From: Rhodosorus marinus CCMP1338
Taxonomy: Eukaryota; Plantae; Rhodophyta
Direction of reading: 5' to 3'
Assembly (NCBI GenBank): GCA_029953675.1
Contig: JAMWBK010000014.1
Span: 1 to 47,807 of the forward strand
DNA: 47,807 nucleotides
The position numbers and the translations under genes were made by a program. The stretch's first letter is position 1, and the number at the start of each line of letters is the position of its first letter. Below, piece by piece: positions 11,653 through 20,992 of the stretch. The notes under the pieces were generated by a model. That model saw only the letters and a list, made by a program, of their open reading frames with translations. It had not been told where the DNA came from and made no database searches.

Positions 11653-11950
11653 CTTTTCTTTCTATCTAAAGAACAAAAAAAACTCATCAGAAAAAACTCC
11701 CGTCTGCCTTGAACCTCCTTCAACTCCAAACGGCCTAAGTCAAAGACCTCTACCTTCTCACCGCCACCAACCCAGCCAGCTTCTCCACCGAGAGGTTTTC
11801 AATACGCTCAACTGTTCTACCATTAGAGCCTTTACCCAGAAAGTGACGCTCATTCATTCATCTTCTCGTCCTATCCGCCAAGATAAAGGCGTCGCAACAG
11901 TTTGGTGCCTTCCAGCACAAATTTGTGTCCCCAACCCCAGAGAATTTTGC

Positions 11951-13234
11951 TGGTTTTTACTGGACTTTACTGGACTTTACTGGACTTTACACTAGCATAG
12001 CCTGAAGTGCTACGCAAGGCGTGAAGATGAACTAATAACTAGGGAGGGAAGCATGCAACCCCAGGCGCCGATGGCGCGCCTCGGAAAGCATGTCGCTGGA
12101 ATATCGCCAAAGGGAGACACTTAAACGCCTCAAGAGCGCCAAATATTCAGTAGGATGCTCAGCAAAACATGTCCGCAACCACTCTAAACCCGACTTATCG
12201 ACGTGACCAAAGCTTTCCACAATGAATGGCTGGAACCGGTGAGAGCGACCCTCAGCGCAAGGCAGACTGGCCATGCTCTCAGCATACCGTCGTTCCTTAA
12301 CTCTTCGAAGGGCTGAAGCCGCGGCCCCCCGGCGGCGGGCGGCTACGGTGAGGTGGGCGCTGGCCACGGGGCAGGTAATCGCAAGGTCCACATATGTTGA
12401 GCGTCTGGCAGCAGCGTCGGAGACGAGGAGATCGGCTATACAACGGGGCGGTGCAGAGTCCGAGATGGATCTGGGCAGTTCCGACTCAACCTCAACCGTA
12501 TGCCTTATCCGAGTCAAAAATTCGCTGAGGATGTACTTGAGGCGAGTGTGACGCCTCGTACGGAGACCTCGCAACAGTCCGCAGGAACCCAGGAAGTGGT
12601 AGCCACAAGCGTCAATCCGGCTCTCACATCCCTGACAGAAAGACGGCCGATTAGAGTGCCACGGAGCCTGTGGCAAACCGAGATAGATCCGTGTGGCAGA
12701 ACGGAACTGGAAAGCATCGAGACGATGACTCAATGACGACGGTAGAGTGGTTAACCACAAGTGCGAGAGGTGGCCTCCCATGCCGCGGAGACGAGCGGCA
12801 GTGGTAGGCGGCGTGAGAGGAGAATTGAGCATGACTGTGTGAGCGGCACTGTGTTGGCCCCAGGTGAGGCTATGTTGAATCAAATCAGTGGGGGAGCTCC
12901 ACAATCGGCTCAAACCCGGGTAGGCTGCAACAGGGGACCCGGGGCTAGCCTCTCCGTCATCGGCAAGAACTCGGTCGAGGGGACAATCCTCAATCGCTTC
13001 AGCTCGTCCCCATAACAGCTCCCTCCAAGAACGAAAGCCGGACCGATTTGCGTCCGGCACGGCGTTGCACCTCCTGAACGCGTGTTGAAGACCATCATAA
13101 ATTGTCAAAAGCGGGGGCGGCAGGGTCACTGGATCCTCGTTGGTCAAAGCTCGAGCCAAGAGGCAGGCACTTCGCATCTGGAAGGTCACCAACGTTCGCA
13201 GCGCGGTAGCCCAGGAGGCAACCGCCGCTGGCGA
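11951..13234 (-). mobile_element. RLE-B non-LTR retrotransposon, 5'-truncated; open 405-aa C-terminal ORF2 (12032-13249)
   Basis: CQGC..H..SC finger, RHTRL, IADLLV, YVDLAI, KERRY and FIVESFG motifs. 3' tail is (GTAAAGTCCA)3 GTAAAAACCA at 11951-11990. Confidence 0.9.
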
Positions 13235-13771
13235 GGACTTTACTAGCATAGCCTGAAGCGCTACGCAAGGCGTGAAGATGAACTAATAACTAGGGAGGGA
13301 AGTATGCAACCCCAGGCGCCGATGGCGCGCCTCGGAAAGCATGTCGCTGGAATATCGCCAAAGGGAGACACTTAAACGCCTCAAGAGCGCCAAATATTCA
13401 GTAGGATGCAGGTTTTTACTAGCATGGCCTGAAGTTTTACGCAAGGCGTGGACTGTAACTAAGAACTCGGGAGAGAAACGTGCAAAACCAAGCACCGATG
13501 GCGCGCCCCGGCAAGCACGCGTCTAGAATATCGCCACTGGGCGACACTGAAACGCCGTAGGAGTTTCAAGTATTCCATAGGATGCTCAGCAACTGGTTTT
13601 TACTAGCACAGCCTGAAGCGCTACGCAAGGCGTGGAATGCGACTAAGAACTAGGGATAGAAGCGTGCAAACCCAGGCGCCGATGGCGCGCCTCCGCAAGC
13701 ATGCTCTAGAATGTCGTCACAAGGCGACTCTGAAACGGCGTAAGAGTTTCAAGTATTCCATAGGATGCTCA
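13235..13771 (-). repeat. Three head-to-tail ~175-bp RLE-B 3'-end units
   Basis: Units at 13235-13409, 13410-13592 and 13593-13771, each running from (GCTGA)GCATCC to GCTAGTAAA(G/A). Confidence 0.9.
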
Positions 13772-13989
13772 TGAAGACTGGTTAGCAGACCCATTAGATA
13801 GCGAACAATAAAGGAAGCTACCGAGGTACACGTAGGAGATACTTAGGTCAACAACGCCCTCCGAATCACTTGCCCAGTATTTTCTTACATAATTCACCAG
13901 GATTTTCTAGCGAACCATAAAAACGGACGATCAAGGTATATGGAAAACATTCGTTAGAACGAGCAGTAAGAAATGTGTCTTAATTCCGA

Positions 13990-14672
13990 ACGGCACTAGC
14001 TCATCGCTTGGTTCCCCTGATCATTGAGTACTTTTGGGTTTCTGGACTCTGTTGGCTCTAGCTGGCTTCTGGGGCTGTTCCGCGAACGCCCTGCCAGTCT
14101 CCAATCGCTGTTTTACCTGCTTAAGTTTCCTGCTGTGGCGCAGGACCGCTGCTTTGATGTTGGAGGCGCGATATCTTCGCCGCGCTTAGTTTTTTTTCTT
14201 CCTCGGGGTTTTTTCTTTCAGCCTCCCGAATAAACCATTCACTCAACGGCTTCCGATAAACTGTAACTCGGTAGGATTTTCCAAAACAACAGAAAGACGG
14301 ACGACCAGGGTATAAAGACATGGAAAATATGAAACGCATGCTAACGAATTGTCAGAAACTGAGTGAATCGTTTAACGGAGGCTAAGAGAAAAAACCCTGA
14401 GGGGGAAAAAGAAGACTACGCGCGGCGAGGATCGCGCGTCTCCAACATCAAAGCCGCGTTCATGCGCCACAGCAGCGAACTTTAGCGGGTAAACAAGGAT
14501 TGGAGACGGTCCTGGGCTTCGCGGAACAACTCTCGAAGCCAGCGAGAGCCAACAGAGTCCAGAAACCCAAAGCACTCAATGATCAGAGGAACCACGCGAT
14601 GAGCTAGTGCCTACGGATGAACACCGGGAGAAGACAAAGCCTCCCCGTACTTGATCTCTTTGCGGCGTCTCA
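13990..14672. mobile_element. Convergent pair of older RLE-A-type 3' fragments (about 13990-14245 +, 14360-14672 -)
   Basis: Both carry LVPLIIE.FG coding and the 3' UTR. They face each other across ~115 bp. Confidence 0.8.
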
Positions 14673-15244
14673 TACTTATTAGACACAGAGCATCGGGACT
14701 CCCGACTTATCCGGCCGTCCATCCGAAATACATTGTCACGTCAGACCGCCCTCTCATGAACTACTTGTTCAACCCTCTTCGTCTCCTATTTTCATGACAT
14801 TCGGCGCTCCCACATAGTCTATCCCGTTCATCCCAAACTGCACTCTAACTCGGTCCCCCTCCGGTCGGAAGCAACCCATCGTTCAACCGTCTTCACCCCG
14901 TAAGCATGTGCCAACCGCAACAACATGGTGGTCTCATGGGAGGTATTCGTATCCGCTCGAGAAATGGCTCTTGGAATATTATGGTAAATTCTAGTCTCCA
15001 CCGGCATCGGATAATCTCGCCCTATCCACACAGTATGCGCCCGTTGTGAGAACGCACTTGCATGGCAGAGGTACCCCGCTTGTCAACCTGTGTCGAGAAC
15101 GGGCCAGAGCTTAGGCAAACTCGGGTTCCGCCAACTGGCGACACCTCCTTGCCTTGGAGCAGCGTCCCCCAGGGAGAGGGGCCGGGCTGCTCAGGGAGAC
15201 TTCTACCATCAGGAAAGGGTGCAGTGAGCGAATTTTTCCACCAT

Positions 15245-15870
15245 AAAAAACCCCCGCCAAAAGCACAGGGCGATACTGAAACGCCGTAAGAGTTCCAAGG
15301 ATTCCATAGGATGCTCAGCCAGACATTTCCGCAACCGCTCCAAACCCGATTTGTCCACGTGGCCAAAGCTCTCTACAATGAAAGCCTGAAACCGGTGGGA
15401 GCGACCCTCGGCGTAAGGAGACTGGCCATACTCTCAGCATACCGTCGTTCTTTCACTCGGCGAGGGGCCGAAGCGGCTGCTCCCCGGCGGAGGACGGTAG
15501 AACTGGTATGGGTACTTGCCACAGGGCATGTGATCACGAGGTCCACGTATGCTGAGCGTCTGGCGGCAGTGCCTGAGACCGATCTGGGCAGTTCCCGTTC
15601 CATCTCAACCGTATGCCCTATCCGAGTCAAAGATTCGCTGAGAATGTACTTGAGGCGAGTTTGACGCCGCGTACGGAGCCCTCTCAACAGTTCGCGATGA
15701 ACCTAAGAGGTAGCAACCACATGCGTCAATGCGACTCTCACATCCCTGACAGAAAGCGGGCCGATTAGAGCGCCACAGAGCTTGTGGCAAATCCACGTAG
15801 ATCCGTAGGGCAGTGCGGAACTGGAAGGCATCGAGACGGTGACCCAGTGACGAAGGCAAAACGGTACTTA
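15245..15870 (-). mobile_element. Degenerate RLE-B fragment
   Basis: HRLDAFQFRTA, FCQGCESRIDACG, RLKYILSE and YVDLVITCP match 12032-13249. Confidence 0.85.
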
Positions 15871-15971
15871 AATCCCTACAAGGTTTTTGCATAGCAGCGC
15901 TTGGCTGATGGTCCTTGTCGAGGCGAGGGTTACAAACAAACTTCAGTTTTAATCACGTTCCGTCACCTAGT

Positions 15972-16953
15972 TTAGTCATTGACTTCAATGCTTTTCAGAA
16001 TGTCGAAGTTATCATATGTGCCCTCAATCGTATCTATACCCTCGACCCCGTGGAAAAGTCTTGGTATCCACTCGGGCCACCGTTTGAACGCACCAGGTCG
16101 TTTCCCTTTCCCAAGTAGATCTTGGCTTGGGCTTCTCCTGCTATAACGAAATCGTCTCCTCCTTTCAGGAAAGCGGTAAGACCATCCTGTGAAAAGTAGT
16201 AACCATTAATTAAATCTTGGCCCTCGGACCCGATCACGACGTCATAACCTTTGTAAGATAGAACATAGTTCACTTTGTCGTTCTCGTCAAGGATGAACAG
16301 GTCGTTGGACTCGGTTCCAAGAAGAGGCGTAAACGGAGCCCCAACTTCCCTTCCTTCGTTAATCAGATTTGGACAGCCAATGGAGTACGGGCAGCCCTCC
16401 TCAGCGCTACATGTGCCATCATCAACGGTGACTAGCGAGTCAACGCCCGCAACCTCGACAACCGCCTCAAACAGCAGACACTGCACCGTCTCACAGCACG
16501 TTTCTGCTGCGGGGCGGGAATTTTATCAAAGCATATTCTAATCGCCCCCATCTTCTTACCGCTAGCCAGTTTGGTCTTGCTCCTCCTCCTCTGAAACTTC
16601 TCCCTGTCGTTTACTGGGATACTGCTGCAATCTGGGTGGATACCTACCCTGAGCTCCTTGATCAGAGGTGTGTCAATGTGCCTTAAGTTTAATCTCAAGC
16701 AACTTGTTGGTGCTTGCTCTACGGGGTTCTCATTTCGTACGCACAGCTTGGGAGTCTTCCCGTTCAGCTCTTTAAGCGTCAGCTCCTTGCAGTAGGATTC
16801 ACCCCAGAGAACCCTCGTTTCAACGTTGCTAGGGTCACCAGATCGAGTTCCCTCGGTAGGGTCAGGAAGATCGAAACTAGTACACGTTGTGGCATTTACC
16901 CACCCGAGACACATTGCGCCCACCACAGTCATCACCAACAACGACAACGTCAT
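15972..16953 (-). CDS. Secreted Cys-rich family protein with C-terminal RTX/hemolysin-type Ca-binding-like repeats; two 1-nt homopolymer frameshifts (near 16510 and 16055)
   Basis: Signal peptide. The N-domain is similar to the 38739 gene (LC..CLR..LRVGIH..ICFD..CC..LLFEAVV). Then GGDDFVIAG, GKGNDLVR and GVEGIDTIEG motifs. Adding one C and one T to existing runs gives one ORF. Confidence 0.7.
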
Positions 16954-17214
16954 CCTTCCAATCTATAGCCGGACCCCTACAAGCTCCTATTCCTCATAAA
17001 CCACGCCTCTCACGCTCTCTGCAGCACAGCTCTCCGAAAACCTGGACGGTCCCACGTACCGGATAACTTTGGTCTACGGCGGGCCCCTTGCGCGAGATTC
17101 GCGCTTAAGTATCTGGCTTTGCCCGCTTCTCTCCATAATTATTAGCTACCTCTCACTCCTGCTTCGGGCTACTCCTGAAAAATCAGTATTCACCAGGAAA
17201 CACGTATAAAAAAA

Positions 17215-17320
17215 AACCCAACGTCTTTTTTCTTTCAGCCTCCCATTAAACCAATTGACACACGTGTAGAAAACCCCAACGCCTGTTTTCCTTCAGCCTC
17301 CGATTAAACACAATTCATTC
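17215..17320 (+). mobile_element. Two ~45-bp RLE-A-type terminal fragments in tandem
   Basis: TTTCAGCCTCC(C/G)ATTAAAC occurs twice; the second ends ATTCATTCATC. Confidence 0.7.
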
Positions 17321-17726
17321 ATCATTTACGGTGTCCGCGGCAGGGGCTTCTCACGCACAATTTCAAGGACCGCCCTTGTTGGACGACCAGCAGAATTTCC
17401 CTGTATTCTAAATTTGTGTACAGAATGGGTTCTGGTTCAAAGGAATGATTGTTTTTTTGAAGTCCGGCTTAGCTCTGGAGAAAACCCTGTCTAGATTTCC
17501 GAAACGTGTTTTGGAATATTTTGACAAGACTTAGGCAGTAGCGGCTTCCGATCAAATGGAACTCTGTAGGATTTTCTAAAAACATGGAATAGACGATCCG
17601 AAATAAAAACATTAAAAATACAAAAATATTTCAAACAAAAAAAACGTTGGGGCCTCGGTCCTACCAAAATATTCCGAAAAAGGCATTTGAGAACCGATGG
17701 AATCTGGGTGTTTTTCTTTAGATACT

Positions 17727-20288
17727 AACGAATGGTTTAATCGGAGGCTGAAAGAAAAAACCCCGAGGGGAAAAAAAGATTAAGTGCGGCGAAGAACTCG
17801 CGCCTCCAACATCAAAGCGGCATTCATGCGCCACAGCAGGAAACTTAAGCGGGTAAACAACGATTGAAGACGGTCAGGGCGTTCGCGGAACAACTCCCGA
17901 AGCCAGCGAGAACCAACAGAGTCCATGAACCCAAAGCACTCAATGATCAGGGGTACCAAGCGATGTGCTAGTGCCGAAGCACGAACACCAGGGGAAGACA
18001 AAGCCCCCGCGTATTTGATCTCTTTGCGGCGTCTCATACTGGCGGCGGCAGATCCACGGCGCTCCCCCGCAGCCGGGAGATAACGACTAGCTTGAGGGTT
18101 AGGAACAGCAAGATCAACGTATGTGGTTCGGCTGCTGTCGTCACAGGTGATCACCAGGTCGGCTACACGGCGTTCATCATTTTGAAAGTCCGCGACGGGT
18201 AAAGGTTTCTCACGTTCGATTTCAAGACCGGCTTGCCGGACTATAGGCCGAAGTTCCCGGTATAACAGGTTCAAGATCCGTGTATGGCGGCGGGTTCGAG
18301 CACCTTTCACCGCCGGGCAACTAACGAGCAGGCGGGCGCCAAAATCTGCGTTGTCTTCAGTCTGAGAGCAGAGAGGGCACGACGAACCCATCTCGTACGG
18401 CCAGGGGGGCTGATGTAAGCCGAGGTATAAGCGCAGTGAAGTACGCACTTCGAAATCCGACAGTGTGAGTGGCGGAATGGCTGGTACGGTCATGAGCCAC
18501 TGAGAGCTAATACACCCTCCAAGACTACGTGGCGGGCGCGAGTGCGAGAGGATGAGACCATCTGCGCGAGGAGTCGGCCATATGCAGCACGGTGCAAGTC
18601 CCAAGAAAGGATAGTTTGCAGCGCATCCGTGCGTGCTTGAGCTCGGCTCCCAGAGCGCTGGGAATCATCAGGAGGATCAACGGGAACTTCTTCTTCTGCG
18701 GCAACCACTGGGTCAATCTCCACTAGAACAGGTTCAGGCGCAGGACGAATCCCCGGTGCGGAGCCTCGAGAGCGGTCAAATACAGCTCGCCAGTGGAAGA
18801 CGGGGTTGAACGGTTTCGGGGAGACTAGTACAGGAATTCAGGGCGGCTTGGAGCTCCAGAAACAAGTCTTGGGCGCTTTCCGGTACGCTGGGAAGCAAGA
18901 CACCCCGCGAGAGGCTCGCCATCAAATTGCGGAACTTCGAGATACCCAAACTGCTCAAAGTGGGAAGTGCGGTTCCCAAGGACCCTACTGCGGCTGCGGG
19001 TTGGACCACAACACGGTTGCAGAGGCCCAGTCCCCCCAATCGCAATGGGAGGCCTACCTGGGCGCGCACAACATCACAGGTGGGTCGCGACAGAGCGCTC
19101 AGCTCCTCATCGAGAAAATACCCAAGGTCACGGAAACTTTCAGCATCCGCACGAGTGGCCAACCACCGGCCCCAATGAGTTGGAAGTGAGCGGAGCCAAT
19201 ATGTTAACCGCTGACTGCAACAATACCGAAACAACAACAACGAGCACTGGAGGAAGCCCGGAGGTAGCCGTCGAAGCTCTGCAACCAGCTGTCTGTGCTT
19301 ACCGAGGAGCTGCAGCAACTCGCCTTCAACGAAGGACGGCGACCCGTAGAGGATGCCTAAGTGGACAAAACCATCCGGTCTCCAAATATCCTGGAACGAC
19401 GCAGGTACCTGCTGCTCTTGTGCAACTACACCTCCCCAGTAGAACGATTTGTGATGATTAACCTCCAAGTCAACCCGCGAAGCCAAGGAGCGTAGACGAT
19501 CATAGGCGAGCGCTAGAGTATCGGGGGGCCCCAGGAGGCACACGTCGTCGTGGTATGCAACCGTACGAACCTGCGGGAATTCGGAGCGAAGACAAAGCAA
19601 GACTAGTTGTAGTCCACAGGCATGTAGGAAAGGAGACAAGGGATCACCCTGTTGTACCCCTGTTCGCGCCGCAAACGTGTGTGAGGAAGCGCCAAGGGTG
19701 TCATAGGTAGCCCCACGACCAAGCGGAGAATAAAGTCTACTAACAAAGGGAAAGCCTACAGGGAAGACTTCGCGCACCACGTGCATGAGAGCCGGACGAG
19801 AGACGCGGTTGAACGCATTGGTAAAATCTACAGAGAGGAGCCCAGAATCTGGGGAGTACGCCATTTCCGAACGGAGTAAAACAGACAACAACTCACAGCC
19901 ACCACCATAGCCCACGCCTAACTGCACGTGCCCAAAGAAACGGCGGGATTCGGGAACCAGGATTTTCACGAACCACCGCGCCGCCAATTTGCGGACCACC
20001 TCAACCAGGCTTGGTACCCCTGATCATTGAGTGCTTTGGGTTCACGGACTCTGTTGGTTCTCGCTGGCTTCGGGAGTTGTTCCGCGAACGCCCTGACCGT
20101 CTTCAATCGTTGTTTACCCGCTTAAGTTTCCTGCTGTGGCGCATGAATGCCGCTTTGATGTTGGAGGCGCGAGTTCTTCGCCGCACTTAATCTTTTTTTC
20201 CCCTCGGGGTTTTTTCTTTCAGCCTCCGATTAAACCATTCGATTCGAACCAGGCCAATAGGGCGAATAGCAGGGCTCGAGGCCGTGTG
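17727..20288 (-). mobile_element. RLE-A copy 2, 5'-truncated, 3' end intact; ORF2 frameshifted
   Basis: RT (18776-19999) and finger-RLE (17780-18604) ORFs. Terminus GATTAAACCATTCG. Confidence 0.95.
20011..20246 (+). mobile_element. RLE-A 3' fragment nested antisense in copy 2, with 8-bp TSD
   Basis: AACCAGGC at 20003-20010 and 20247-20254. The host sequence resumes exactly. Confidence 0.92.
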
Positions 20289-20294
20289 ACCGTC

Positions 20295-20644
20295 CCGCGA
20301 AAGACCATTTCGACGGAATCTTGACCCGCTCAAAATAGAGCGCGCAGTGATCTTGGGACGGCGCCCTTCGGGGGCTTTTTCTTTTAAGCGAGTTGAATGA
20401 TTGGGCTATCTGCAGACGTACTCTCACGCCGATCAAAAAAAAATGTCGCGCTACATCCTGGAGTCGACGGCAGAACTCGTCCTTGCAAACGGACGAATTT
20501 TATGGATCAGCATGAGATTAAGTCTACAGATAGCCCAATCATTTTCAACTCGCTTAAAGAAAAAGCCCCGAAGAGCGCCGTCCCAAGATCACCGAGGGCG
20601 CTTTTTTGAGCTGGTCAAGATTCCGTCGAAATCGTCGTTCGCGG
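20295..20644. mobile_element. MITE/foldback-like element with ~125-bp imperfect terminal inverted repeats
   Basis: 20295-20418 is the near reverse complement of 20522-20644. The ~100-bp spacer is non-coding. No clear TSD. Confidence 0.75.
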
Positions 20645-20992
20645 ATCCTCGTAGTATCACGGGGAACTCTCCAGTTGCTGAACGTAGTCACAAGGAACTC
20701 TCCAGTTGCTGAACGTCTTACTTAAACGGAAAAAAGCGCTCGAAGGGACTTTGATTCATAGTGTCATGGTCGATAATAATGATTGATTGTGGAGGCGGAG
20801 ATTCTGCCTCTTCCAATAAGCCAAAATATGGCCATAGTATCAGTATTGATTGATTTACTCGGTTCCCTCCAATTACAAAGGTAAATGAACAGTTAGCGAT
20901 TGACTGTTCCTGGCATTAGGTGGAACCCAATCCTAGACTTCTCCCGCGCCTCCTCCTTCCCCCTCCGGACTTACCCCGATTAGGCACAAATC

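Noticed and set aside
11951-11990. Interstitial telomere array
   Set aside because: Only four units, always attached to the RLE-B 3' end, with no G-run typical of telomeric repeats.
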